Below, piece by piece: positions 28,739-42,075 of a DNA stretch of 64,000 nucleotides. The DNA comes from Octopus vulgaris (lineage: Eukaryota). The stretch covers positions 57,660,001 to 57,724,000 of the forward strand of contig OX597823.1 of NCBI GenBank assembly GCA_951406725.2. The letters run 5' to 3'. Position 1 is the stretch's first letter. Each line of letters begins with the position of its first letter. A program made the translations under genes and the position numbers. Below the pieces are notes generated by a model. The model was given only the letters and a program-made list of their open reading frames with translations. It was not told where the DNA came from and ran no database searches.

Positions 28739-29067
28739 TGCTTTATATATATATATACACGCACACATGTATTCATACATAGTACAGAGAGACAACAGTA
28801 GAATGAACCAGGACGTTAAGCTAAGAGAATTTAAGGAAAGTTAGTATAAGTTAAGGCACATGTGAGCAAGACAGAGTAAACGAAAAATGAAAAAGGATAA
28901 AATTGAAAAAATGGAAAAGGAAAAAAATGAAAAGTTGAGGCAGTGTCAAAGGGTGAGTTTTTAATAGATTACATGAACTAAAAGGGGTCCCTCAAAAATC
29001 CCAGTTTTAAATTCCAGAAAATTTCAGATCTCACTCTCTCTCTCTCTCTCTCTGTATATATATATAT

Positions 29068-29245
29068 ATCTTGGACCGCTGAAATCTACAGGGTTTTTTA
29101 TATTCTCTCTCTGTTTATTTTCTCTTATTCTTTTCTCTCGAAGAGCGTAGGCTCGAAACGTAAAAGCCTCATTTTTCTCGAGTGACAACTAATGTCGCTC
29201 ACACACCAGTCTTAGTCTTTTGTTTTTCTATAAATTTCAACTATA
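29068..29245 (+). mobile_element. Penelope-like element 3' end with minimal hammerhead-like motif
   Basis: LGPLKSTGF resembles the GIY-YIG C-terminal L.TL.P.GLN motif; cgaagagcgtaggctcGAAAcgTA at 29139-29162. Confidence 0.55.
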
Positions 29246-30198
29246 TATATATAAAAGGGTTTGTATGATTGTGTATAGAGGGATATATATTATTCAAAGA
29301 AATTCCAACTGTGTCTGTTTTTTATGTTTCATTTATATTATTTATAATATTAATGTATAATATAGAATATATAGTATTAATAATATATATAGTAAAATGC
29401 AATGAAGTACTGATTGTCTTATTAAATAGATGAAATAGATGAAATATTGAATATAAAATATTAAGGGACTAATATACTTTCTTGCATTAAAGCAGTCTTC
29501 AAGGTCCCAGGTTGTGACAGGAGTGTCAAATGTAAGATATGACCTCTAGAAATTCGATCAGATTCAACATGAATACGAGTACCGGCTTCTAGCCAACTGA
29601 GGCGAGTTGAAGATGAGCAAGTTTCTCCTTTTCCTCGGATTTAATTACTGGGGGAATGGAGGTTATTTTTGTTGTTTATCTTCATGCCGAGCTCGATAGA
29701 GAAGTTGCGGCTATTCCTTCATTTTTAGAGTTAAGATTATATAACCAAACGTATACTTTCTTTAAGTCAACAGAGTGTGTTTCGAGCAAGATTTAGCAGG
29801 GCGACGGATACCCTGGCTGCTCAATCCTTAGAGCATTCGAAAATTGTCGTTATGACGTTGTACTTGAATTTCAGACATTGACTTAAAATATTTCAAAAAG
29901 CCGATTATTATATTAGAAATTCATAAAATATTCAGCAAAAAATAATTGGAAGACCAAGACACAAAACTTTATTCACTGGAAAGCGTCGGCTGGAAACGAA
30001 AGCACTTGTTTGTCCCAATATTTGCGGTTATTTAGTGCAAAAGCATTCTCGGAAAAAGAAAAAAAAAGGTCCAAATATTTTAAGTAGGTAATGTTATGTA
30101 GAATTATTGTATAAACAAGGAATATTCATAATATATTTCTTCTTTCCTCATTCTAGATTGTTTACAAATTATATTTAAGGTGTATCTTGCTTATAATA

Positions 30199-30244
<46 letters not shown>

Positions 30245-30871
30245 TAATATATTCATATGGATGTATATATATATATATATATATGCATATACACATATAT
30301 GTAGGTATGTATATATTCTTTAGAAAATATTTTGTAGAACATTAACTAATTAATTATTAGAAACGTATGTAACTACAAAACACACACGCAAACATGAATG
30401 TACCTGAGTTTAAATATGTGTGTGTATGTATGTATATGTGTGTGTGTGTATGTTTATGTCTATATTTCTATATGTGCTAACATATATATAAAAAGTAATT
30501 AATTTGTTAATATGCTCGGAATATATCAAAGGATGTATAATACTCCTAAATGAGACGAAAGTATGTATACAATATACCGACCTAAAAATATGAATTAGTA
30601 TTCTAAAAGACGATTAAGATTAAAATTACAAAAACTACGCGTGTATTAATTATATATTTATGTATACATACATGCATATATATATATATATGTATGTATG
30701 TATGTATGTATTTATCTATGTCTGTATGTATATGTATGTATATATATATGTCTTTGTTTCTTGTTTATTTTCCAATGAGTCCTCAAGTCTCTCAACTTAT
30801 ATCTGTCGTCGTCATTTTCAACTTAATAACTTTTGCTTTCATACTTTTCATTTCTTCAGTTATTGCCAATA

Positions 30872-30933
<62 letters not shown>

Positions 30934-31498
30934 TCTATAATTATATGCATGCGTGTGTGCGCGTGCCTGCGTGCGTGTGTCTTTTGTATGTGTGAGTGTG
31001 TATATGCAAAGAATCATGATTTTTTTCGAATTCTATTTGTGCAAAAACTGACCTCATCTCTGGTCATTTGTTGAAACCTAAAGCAATAACATCGTACAAA
31101 AGTTATTTTTGTCACCTCACAACACAAGGAATTCTATATTTTTTCTTTTGCTTAGTGAATTAAATATGAAATTACCACAGTGAGCTTGGTATAGATACAG
31201 TTCCACAACAGCTGAAGCTGTAATAAATACTCCTATAATAACTAAGTTCCAAAAAGTTTCAATTGATTATTATTATTATTCATCGTTCTACGCTGGTATG
31301 ATAACAATTTTATCATCTCCCAAAATAACAAAAAAGTTAACATCACAGTTTCGGTTCAGAACAATATTCTGTACATTTTAGTTGATGTGGGTATACTATA
31401 GAAAGCTACAGAACTGCAGTTTTCGTCGCGAGAAAGCTTCCCGTGTAGACGTATAGAGTTAAAATGCACAGAAATGTATTTGTAGCAGTCTTGCAAAG

Positions 31499-31550
<52 letters not shown>

Positions 31551-31612
31551 AATAATAATAATAATAATACTAATTATTATTATTATTATTATTATTATTT
31601 AATAATAATTTA

Positions 31613-31850
31613 AAGGCGGCGAGCTGGCAGAAGCGTTAGCGCACCGGGCGAAATGCTTAACAGTATTTCGTCTGCCGCTACGTTCTGAGTTCAAATTCCG
31701 CCGAGGTCGGCTTTGCCTTTCATCGTTTTGGGTTCGATAAATTAAGTACCATTTACGCACTGGGATCGATCTAATCGACGTAATCTCTTTGTCTGTCTTT
31801 TTTTGTCCCCTCTATGTTTAGCCCCTTGTGGGCAATAAAGAAATAAGAAA
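31613..31850 (+). mobile_element. SINE family B (long form)
   Basis: aaggcggcgagctggcagaagcgttagc...agccccttgtgggcaataaagaaataag. Confidence 0.9.
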
Positions 31851-32164
31851 TAATAATTTGAAAAATCCATCAATACTCCTGGGCGCGTTTCCTCTGTCAC
31901 GGATACACATCGTAACTGTCTGGCACTATACCTCTATAGGAAAAGCTTTCCCAAAACGAATGCTGCAGTTTCTAGGCATTCTATATGTATATCCACGTTA
32001 AGTTAGATATATAGAATGCTATTTTTAACATGACAGATTTTGTTTATTTTGGGTGACTAAAACGATTCTACTACGATGTAATTGTTAAGCGTAAGCAAAT
32101 TTTGTAGAGTTATGTACACTTTAAATATGTATAAGTGTTCGGGACTCTGAGCACTTATACATAT

Positions 32165-32322
32165 GGCGCAGTCGTGACTGTGTGGTAAGAAGCTTACTTC
32201 CCAGCCACATGACTCCGAATTCGGTCGTTGCGCACCTTAGGCAAGTGTCTTCTACTATAGCTTCGGGCCGACCAAAACCCTGAGTGGATTTGGTAAAGGG
32301 AAACTGGATTAAGCCGGTCGTA
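32165..32322 (+). mobile_element. SINE family A 5' half
   Basis: gtgactgtgtggtaagaagc..ccttaggcaagtgtcttctactatagc. Confidence 0.8.
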
Positions 32323-32421
32323 ACATTCTTCTGACATAATGACTCAAATATATTTTTTAACCTTTTAAAACAAGCCTTCTGTAGTTTTTTCACTTTTTAC
32401 TATTTTCTATATATATATAGC

Positions 32422-32453
<32 letters not shown>

Positions 32454-32465
32454 CAGATATATATA

Positions 32466-32627
32466 TGCAGATGAGGGCAGCTGCATCGAACTCTCTCATG
32501 CACCAAATGGCAGTTGCTAAAAAGCATTCGTGAAGTCAAACCATGTAGCAACACCAAATGGCGGTGCCCCAGCATGGCCACAGCTCGTGAGCTGAAACTA
32601 GAATCAATCAATCAATCAATCAATCAA
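32466..32627 (+). mobile_element. 3' stub of CR1-like LINE with (AATC)n tail
   Basis: Encodes MQMRAAASNSLMHQMAVAKKHS*, homologous to VQMRVAISNSILHQV at the end of ORF 37506-38072. Confidence 0.8.
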
Positions 32628-32710
32628 TATATGTATTATGTATGTATGTATGTATGTATGTATGTATGTATGTGTACATAGCTATATATACATATATATA
32701 TATAAGTATG

Positions 32711-32744
<34 letters not shown>

Positions 32745-33340
32745 CGTGTGGTGGGCTGCTTATGTGTTTTATGTTGCCTGTGCGTGTGTCTTTCTGTCTT
32801 TGTACCGCTTGACAACCGGTACTGGTGTGTTAATACTCTCCTATCTTCGCTGTTTGTCAAAAACTGACCGATAAGTACCTCACTTAACAAAACATCGGTA
32901 GAAACTAAAATTTCCTTAAGGCAAAGCCCCACATGGCTACACTCTAATGACTGTAGCAAGTAAAAGAAAAAATAAAAGATATGTATCACATAACGTCCTG
33001 TCATTTCTACATTGGTCGGATTTCTTTATTCTGAAAACGCAAAACCGCACTATGTTCTTGGTAATTATAATTTATGAATTTATAGCAAAGCATACTTTCG
33101 TCCTGGATTAAAAATATTTGGCGCGCATCTAAGAACACCAACATTCTTAGGCGATTGACAATTTCACTCTCGTATGCATTAATCAATAAGAAAGGAGTAG
33201 TTTCTAACCGTTTATATCTGAAATATTTAAGGTCCCGTCAAATTATTCGGTTCGAGCTAGGTTAGTATGCTTTTACCAGAAGAGTTGTGAGATAATGAGA
33301 TCAAACACGGGAATGATGTTGAAGTATCTTGCTGAGGACA

Positions 33341-33426
<86 letters not shown>

Positions 33427-33429
<3 letters not shown>

Positions 33430-33570
33430 CGGAGTAAACACTTAAATGTGAAACAAGGTGGAAAAAAGAGTACTCAAATACCAGTGGTAGAGTAATATGC
33501 TAGATGAACGGCAACGGGAAACTCAGAGTAACAGGTTTCGTTGAATTTTCTGCTGCTTTAAATAAAGTAT
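33427..33570 (+). mobile_element. Probable Penelope pseudo-LTR fragment with degenerate hammerhead
   Basis: gatgaacggcaacggGAAActcagagTAacag at 33503-33534, followed by AATAAA. Confidence 0.45.
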
Positions 33571-33776
33571 ATATATGTTAGTTAGTTAGTTAGTTAGTTA
33601 TATATATATATACATATATATATATATAAAATATTAGAAAAATCCACCTTTCATCAATTCAAAATGAATAATTAAATTACACCATCTAGAAAATTACATA
33701 TAATACAAAAGTTAAAATAAAAATAAAAATTAAAAAGTAAAGATTAAGTATTATTCCCTCAAATAATAATTAATAA

Positions 33777-33812
<36 letters not shown>

Positions 33813-33849
33813 TATGGACGCAGTCAAATGACTGAAGCAAATAAAAGAA

Positions 33850-33902
<53 letters not shown>

Positions 33903-33937
33903 GTCTGTCTGTCTGTCGGTCTGTCTGTCTATGCATA

Positions 33938-34780
33938 TGTGAGGTCATTCCAAATGTTTTGAAGCTGTTTTTAAGAGAAGCAGCTGTAACTGTCCTAGAT
34001 TATTGTAATTTTGCATATCATTGCAATACATCTAATAAGCTAACCTGCTAGGATTTTAAAAAAATTCCAAATTGAAGGAGACAATTGTAAAATCACTTCT
34101 AGTGCACTTAGCTAAACACTGCTTCTCACTGGTGAGTAATTTGCAGAATACAGTCGGGACGTGATAACAATTTGGGATAAAGTTTGCAATAAAGTTTTGT
34201 GTTAAGTTGGGCAAAATCGTTAGAGAAACATGAAATGCTTCATGAAATATAAAATGTTTATGGATTAAATTTCCGAACATCAATATTTCGCTGGCAGAAG
34301 AGGCTAGACAAAGCAAGTTCATCGAGAAGCTTATGATGATCCCCTTCCTCGACAGTAAACGCATCGTCTATATCCAGGGGAATTCTCCTGGTCGAGCTGT
34401 TACCAAAGAGTACTTTGTCGAAGCTTAGAAGGAGTTCAGAAAACAAAATTTCATGGCAAAAGCCGAGAGCATCCGCACCAAGGAAATGTGCCAATCTACA
34501 ATAAGATCTTGGTAATTAACTACTTTAGAGAGATGGATATCAAATCTGTCCTTCACTCTACCTACATGCCAGAACTTGATCTCTATGGCTTAATTCCCAC
34601 GCCGAAGGAGACGTTTAAGGGGGCTATTACATGGCCGTGACAACTTTCGATTCAAAGAATTTTCCTGTGGACTTCACGAAGTGGCTGCAGCGTTACAGCA
34701 AGTGCGTTTAAATTAGGGGATCCTACTTTGATGGAGATTAAAATTTTGTACTTCTTTGAAAGTTATAAATGTCCCTTCTA
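33938..34780 (+). mobile_element. Internally deleted mariner remnant
   Basis: KLMMIPFLDSKRIVY resembles K.M...FFD..G.V; HSTYMPELD resembles HPPYSPDLA. Confidence 0.65.
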
Positions 34781-35642
34781 TATATTTGTATGCAAGTACA
34801 CACACACACACACATGCACACACACACACATGCACACAACATATACATGTAGTCCTTATTGAAAACATGTTCAATATTCAGTATATCAGAACTTAGAAAT
34901 TGTAATGCATGCATTGTAGTATTAAAAATATATTCTATGTAGGCCGGCAGATTTTTGACCGACAAAGAGAGATCCATATATAGGAGAAGAGCTTTCTCCT
35001 TTGATCCATCAGTATCCATCAGTATCCATCAGTAACCATCAGTATCGGCATTTCTAAAGTTTATGCCTTACAGTAAGGACATAACCTACAAACATGGCTA
35101 AATAACTATAACACTATCTTGATGTATATATTTCTAGAATATTATCTAAATATTTTATTTTTTGCACTAATTTGTCGCCAAAATCCAAATCTTAGATTAA
35201 AATATCATTGTGACCAATGATAAATATATATAATCTACATGAAACATCGACGTATGAAAATCAAAATAAAAGGCCTTTGGTAAAATTACCGAAAATAATA
35301 TATAGAATTTCAAAAAAAAAAAAAAACATCACTCCAGTAGATGACAGTTACCTTATCTTCAAAAGTTGATATCTGTGTGTGAAGCCTTTGTTAAAATAAG
35401 ATGTTTGTAAGATAAAAAAAATGGAACAGAAATTTTTTTGGCAATTATTATTTTGTAGTCAGTTCGCTATTGTAAAGTCTGTCACAGACAGTAAGAGCTT
35501 ATTTTCTACTAGTCTTTGTATTATCATTTTGTCTTATATTTTATTTATTGGTTTTCTTTCTAAAATATATCATTTTTTGACGTAATCTTTTTGTGTCATC
35601 TTTTGATTTTAGTATATATATATATATATATATATATATGGA

Positions 35643-35709
<67 letters not shown>

Positions 35710-35872
35710 TTATCTATCTATCTATCTAAAGGAATATATATATACATATACATATACACATATGTACGTACGTACATACATGCACATATACACATATATG
35801 CATATACATATACACATATATACATGTGTGTATGTATATGTATATGTGCATGTATGTACGTACGTACACACG

Positions 35873-35926
<54 letters not shown>

Positions 35927-36775
35927 TTTGTCCTCATACACACATATTTATTAAAAGTGGTGGCACCTTAAATCATAACGCCGAGATTCACGTTGCCGAT
36001 TGCACTAACGAATGAATGAAAGAAACAGCTTTACAATGCGTAAGCAAAATTATTTGCTAACGAATCAGAATACAATTAATCATCAAAATTGCCAAAAGAA
36101 AGAGATGTTAAAAAAATTGTGAAGTACTCATCTATTCTATTCTTCAGCATCTCATGTATGAAACACACCAATCAAGGTAAGAAACTAATGTTAACGAAAG
36201 TTTTGTGCTGGTGATTTCATCTTATTATTTAATCAGTTATATGATTATCTTTCGGAGATCTGAAAGCGAATTATGTAAGAAACGAGCTATTTTAAACAAA
36301 ATTCTACCTGGAAATTTCCCAGCATCTAGCAATGGTTGTGTCTTCTAAAACACCACAAATTCCAAGCATTTGTTGAAAATTAAAAAAAAAACAGGTCTGT
36401 AATGAAAATCACTCATCTGGAGCCTTTGAATTAGAGGAATTCGCCTTCTTTAACGGGCCAATAGATTTTTATACTTGCTAATATAAATATTACCCAAATA
36501 TATTAGTGTAGCGAGTAGGCAAAAAGTTTATTGTAGTTATGTGCATTTATGATTTGTGGGCAAATATTTCAAAGAGACATGTTATCCCAAGAATTAAAGC
36601 TAATAAAGCGTTGAAAATAAATGACCTACGGTTCTAAGGTATCTATACCAGCATTTTCTTCGTAAATCTGTCGATATCACAAAGTGGAATTACTTATATG
36701 TCACTAACGTTGTTTTCACTCTTCATGTCCTCTTAATGTGCATTCGTATCAGCTGATAATTGTATGTGTGTGTGC

Positions 36776-36885
<110 letters not shown>

Positions 36886-37487
36886 GCGCGTGTGTGTGTG
36901 TAGTTGAGTATGAATGGGCGTAAAGCTTTTAGGAGTATGTCCCAAAAATGTTGTGATGGTGCTTGTATGTATTCTGTTGTCTATAGGTTCTATCTTCTTC
37001 CCTTGTTCTATGTTTATTGAGACATTCAGGATGTATGAGGTTGTTGGTCGTAAATCGAGGGTTTCTTGAGTTTCTATGATGATTATTCATATTATGGTCT
37101 CTGTGTTGTCCGTATTTTACTTGTCTTTTTTTCCATGTATTCATCCATCTAGGGTACTTGGTACTATGAGTTGGGTATTTTCCTAAATTATGAATATTGT
37201 ACTAATATTTAATGCTTGTTCATGCAAAGCGTAGCATTTCACAGAATATGGGACTTAGCTACACAGTGTAAATGAATATTCATTTTCATAGGACTTTTAA
37301 CTTTGAACTTCGAACTCTTTTCTATTTTTCAGTGATGAACGCACCAGCCCCGTTTTCTTATTTCTTCCATCCAACTTCCTAAAGTTGACATCTTAGAAAG
37401 GTCACCAGCCCTTTTGAGAAAATGTATTTATTTACAAATATATTGATAAGTATACAATGGAAAGAAAATAGAAACAAATGAGAAAGA

Positions 37488-38116
37488 ACCAGAGATAAGG
37501 AAACCATGATGGTCCTCTGGTGGACATTCGTCCTCAGTCGCTTGGATTACTGCTCACAGCTATGGTCACCCACCAGTGTAAAATTAACAGCGAACCTTGA
37601 AGCAATCCAGAGAAGATTCACAAAGAAGATCATCTCTTTGCAACAGCTCAGCTACTGGGAAAGGTTGAAACAGCTAAGACTCTACTCCCTGGAGAGAAGA
37701 CGGGAGAGGTATGCAGTAATATATGTCTGGAAGATCCTGGAAGGAATTGTGCCAAATTTTGGCATTGTAAGCTACACCAATGCTAGAACGGGACGACGCT
37801 GCATAGTGCCAAAGATCCCAGCAATGCCATCACGCTTCAGGACCAGCTTCTGCAACAGCCTGGGTTTCAGGGGCCCACAGCTTTTTAATATTCTCCCAAA
37901 GAGTCTGAGGAACTTGCACAAAGTGGATGTAGCGGTTTTTAAATCAAAGCTGGACATCTTCCTGTCAAGAGTCCCAGATGAACCTACCTCACGACAGGAG
38001 GTGCAAATGAGAGTAGCTATATCAAACTCCATTCTTCACCAAGTGCCACATATTAGACGAGGTTCGTCGTAATAACAGTGTAGCACAAGACGGCGGTGCA
38101 TCAGCATGAAACTAGG
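37488..38116 (+). mobile_element. 5'-truncated CR1-like LINE, open ORF2 C-terminus (37506-38072, 188 aa)
   Basis: SRLDYCSQLWSP, LEAIQRRFTK, SYWERLKQLRLYSLERRRER, FKSKLDIFL are typical CR1-group post-RT motifs; ends in a poly(A)/(TA) tail. Confidence 0.92.
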
Positions 38117-38167
<51 letters not shown>

Positions 38168-38544
38168 AGTACAGTTGTAAGGTACTGCACAGGTCGAAGT
38201 ATATATCAAACAAGCTTTGAAAATGCGAGTTTAAAGATGTTTATTCACTTGACCGGTTTCACTTTTTAGATAATGATTGTCAAAAGTAAAGTGTAAAGCT
38301 TTGTATGAGCTTTGTTGTGTTAAGTACTGGTTATCACAAAACTATTAAAAAACAGAAATACATTCTGTGATAATAATAAGAAAATGTTTAAAACAGTTTA
38401 CAAGAAAGTATTTAAGAAAGTAATCAGAACGGGACTCCAAAATGTAGAGTTCAATAAAAATCATGTTTGTTTGGTAGTATATATAAATATACAGAAGCAG
38501 ATATATTTAAGAATATATACTTATATATATACGCATGCATATAA

Positions 38545-38599
<55 letters not shown>

Positions 38600-38603
<4 letters not shown>

Positions 38604-38800
38604 GTTTTCCCTCACCACTGCTTGACAATTGGTATAGGTTTGTTTACATCCCCTTAAATCAGCGGTTCGGCAAAGCGGTCCAATGAAATAAATGTTAGAC
38701 TTAACAAGAGAAAAAAAGCACTAGGGTTCATTTGTTCGATTAAAACCTTCAATCGCTGCTCCAGCATGGCCAGAGTCTAATGAGTGAAAGATGTAAATGA
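38600..38800 (+). mobile_element. SINE family A 3' half, diverged
   Basis: gcttgacaattggt..agcggttcggcaaag..gctccagcatggcc. Confidence 0.7.
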
Positions 38801-38924
38801 GCAGGGATCAAAAATAAAAGGGACAAATCGATTCAACCGGAATAGATACTCAAATACAAAGAATGTGATTTCCGTTAGAATTAAGTCTTACAACTTGCCT
38901 TTTGTCGTATATTTACTTCGTCAT

Positions 38925-39075
38925 TGTCTACAAGGGGCTAAATATAGACGAGACAAACAAGGACAAAGGGATTAAGTCGATTATATCGAGCCCAATGCGT
39001 AACTGGTACTTATTTAATCGACCCTGAAATGATGAAAGGCAATGTCGACCTCGGTGTGATTTGAACTCAGAACGG
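38925..39075 (-). mobile_element. SINE family B module, headless, inverted relative to the next copy
   Basis: ctacaaggggctaaatatag..gatgaaaggcaatgtcgacctcgg..tttgaactcagaacg. Confidence 0.85.
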
Positions 39076-39108
39076 AGCAGCAGACGCCTTCTTTTGTCGT
39101 ATATATCA

Positions 39109-39710
39109 TAAGGCGGTGAGCTGGTAGAAACGTTAGCACGCCGGGCGAAATGCTTAGCAGTATTTCGTCTGCGTTACGTTGTGAGTTCAAATTCCGCCGA
39201 GGTCGACTTTGCCTTTCATCCTTTCGGGGTCGATAAATTAAGTACCAGTTACGCACTGGGGTCGATGTAATCGACTTAATACCTATGTATGTCCTTGTTT
39301 GTCCCCTCTGTGTTTAGCCCCTTGTGGGTAATAAAGAAATAGGTATTTCGTCTACCCTTGTGGGTAGTAGTGAAATAGGTATTTCGTCTGCCGCTACGTT
39401 TTGAGATCAAATTCCGCCGAGGTCGACTTTACCTTTCATCCTTTCGGGGTCGATTAAATAAGTACCAGTTACGCATTTAGGTCGATATAATCGACTTAAT
39501 CCGTTTGTCTGTCCTTCTTTGTCCTCTATGTGTGTAGCCCCTTGTGGGTAGTAAAGAAATAGGTCCACCGAGGTCGACTTTGCCTTTCATCCTTTCGGGG
39601 ACGATAATTTAAGTACAAGTTGCGAACTCGTGTCGATCTTATCGACTGCCCCCCCCCCCCCCCCACGCAAAAAAAAAAATTTCGAGCTTTGTACCTTGAG
39701 TAGAAATGAC
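39109..39710 (+). mobile_element. SINE family B with tandem internal modules of about 183 bp
   Basis: Head, two long modules, a partial third, then the short tail. Confidence 0.92.
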
Positions 39711-40280
39711 TAATTCATAAATAACGAGAAATCACAATGATAGCTTGTCTTAAACCTCTCAAATTTTGTTACTTCCAAGTCATGTCATTAACGGCAAGTC
39801 CTTCCATAATGTTGATGTAAGGATAATAGCAGACTCTTTGTGAATTCATAACCCACCAATTGAAAAGAAAATGTATGCAAGAAGTATTTTGTATTATGAC
39901 GCCATAAAGAATAACGAAACAAAAGCGATAGATGTAAAAAGAATAAACTATTATAAAACAATGAAAAAAATTCAAAACATGAATAAAAAACTTACCCATT
40001 AAATAATTAAAATAAATAAAACCAAAGTAAAGTATTTGATGTTTATTTCTGTGAGTCTGCAGGTAAATTAATTTCGTTGAAGGATACCAGGTAAGCTTTA
40101 GTATCGACATTTTAAAATATTTCCCTTTTCTTATTCGGTCTCTTTTTGTTTTAATATTAAGCCAATGTTTCTTTAAGGTGTCGTTTCTTTACCGTAATAT
40201 ATCCAACCAGTAGAAATATATTCAAATTTCTAAGTAGTGAATATACATTAATTTCATTATTTTTTTTTTTTTGTTTATAA

Positions 40281-40670
40281 TGCGGCAAGGAGTCAGAAGC
40301 GTTGGCATGCCGGATAAACCGCTTAGCGGCATTTCGTGTGGTTTTATGTTCTGTGTTCAAATTTCACTGAGGTTGACTTTTCATCATTTCTAGGTCGATA
40401 AAATAAGTACCAGTAAAGTATTGGGGGCCGATGATCTCGACTTCCTCTTCTCCTCAAAAACTGTCGTCCTTGTGCCAAAATTTGAAATCATTATTCTCAT
40501 TGTTTATCGCCCGTCACTAGCTTCTGAGTTCAAATTCCTTTGAATCAACTTCGTCTTTTATCTTTTCGGAGTCGATAAATTAAATACTAGAAAAACACGG
40601 GTTGATGTAATCAAGTAGTCCCCTACCCAAAAATTTCTGGCCTTGTACTTTTAATAGAAAGGATTATTTT
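40281..40670 (+). mobile_element. Two diverged SINE B short-form copies in tandem
   Basis: gcttagcggcatttcg..tgttcaaatttcactgagg; second copy ctgagttcaaattcc..cttgtacttttaatagaaagg. Confidence 0.7.
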
Positions 40671-41269
40671 CATTGTTTATATTAGTAAATTGCATCTCCC
40701 TGAACTAAATATCTAACAACCATCTAACGAAAAAGCTTATGTGTGGTTTCATGACATACTAAAAATAACAGGCAGATTTCCATCACATCACAAACTATTG
40801 TCTTGATGAAATAAAATCTAATTCTATAGTGCAGTCCCATATATTTTATACCCGGAAAAAAATGGGATATTGATAGCGAGGACGCATTTTATAAATAGGC
40901 ATAATGGATCAGAGTTTAACCAACGATAAGGAACACTAACATTATATTGAGGGAGCTTGAATGAAATTGCATAGAGAATTGTGAAAGTTTGACAATCTGA
41001 TAGTCGGTAGATTAAGTATCGTCTATACGTGTAATATGTGCTTGTATGTGTTAATACAGCCATAATACACACTCCTTGGGGAATTTGTCCATTTGAGCAT
41101 TTGTGCCAGCTATAAATCATATACGAAAATAACTTAGCCTTAAGAATGTAGTCTTTACTATGTTTTAGATGAGCGTTCGATATGAATATACTTTAGATAT
41201 TGTACTTAAGGCCCAGTTAGCTGTGATTCGCGTGAGTGTATGTCTTGGTAACATGTACTAATATTTTGC

Positions 41270-41500
41270 TACAGGCAGACACTCGTTTGTCTCCAACACC
41301 CATGATCCGATGGAACATCTAGAATATGACAGCGGGAGATAGAGAGGGCTGCATTAGCCACTGGCTGGTACTCATTGCAGATGAGTTGACATAAACAAAG
41401 AGAAATCAAATTTCCTGTTCAAAATCACCAAACGCCGCCCGGTCTAGGAATTGATCCCACTGCCTCATGATCACAAGCTGACCTACCTACTGCTACAGTG
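41270..41500 (-). mobile_element. Diverged SINE of family C type
   Basis: ggtactcattgcagatgagttgac..cgccgcccggtctaggaattgatccc. Confidence 0.5.
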
Positions 41501-41529
41501 GGCGTCACGTGAGATTAATGAGCTGACAG

Positions 41530-42075
41530 GGAGCTCTTGTCTATCCTAGACATATCTGATGGCAAATGGTGCTATAGAAAGGGCTGTGGTTTTCATATTC
41601 ACATTAGAGAATTTCAACGCGGCTTCTGTTGATAGATGATTAGAATTTCTTGTAAGACATGTATCGGTAGTCAATAGTGAGGTTTGTGAACAGAAATGTT
41701 CAGAATGGAGATTAGATGAACATATTATTTGCAGAGAAAAGTAACGTATTGTTAGAGCTAGCAGTGCCGGAAAAAGAGAATGAAATATACCGACGTGTAT
41801 TTGTTGAAATTAGGAAAGCTTCGTTTCTGGACAGATCGAAATTAAGCAGAGTGGTAATAATGCATTCGATTCAAAAGAAAAGTGATGGATAGAGATAAGA
41901 GATGGATAAAAATAAGTGATGGGTGGAAGTAACTGATGAGGGGAGATAGGAGATGAATGGAGATAATACGTGGGTGGAGTTTATGATACTAGAAAGAAGT
42001 TGATCACGTCAGAAATCGTTGAATAATTTTTTAATGTCAATAGTAATATCCTTGAGTTCACTGGTGCTAGCGACC
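41530..42075 (-). mobile_element. Old non-LTR RT C-terminal remnant (L2/Jockey group)
   Basis: Purine-skewed plus strand; minus strand LFNDF and TYYLHSS resemble FINDL and DTTLHSS; heavily decayed. Confidence 0.35.

Noticed and set aside
35005-35046. (ccatcagtat)x4 minisatellite containing tcag
   Set aside because: The minus strand gives ctgatgg, not CTGANGA, and no matching GAAA stem; a simple tandem repeat.
39109-39710. CRISPR-like regular repeats
   Set aside because: Units are about 183-bp SINE modules without unique spacers; no cas genes; eukaryotic context.
39769-40110. Hydrophobic 113-aa ORF, possible mitochondrial insertion
   Set aside because: No recognisable mitochondrial protein motif; hydrophobicity follows from T-richness.
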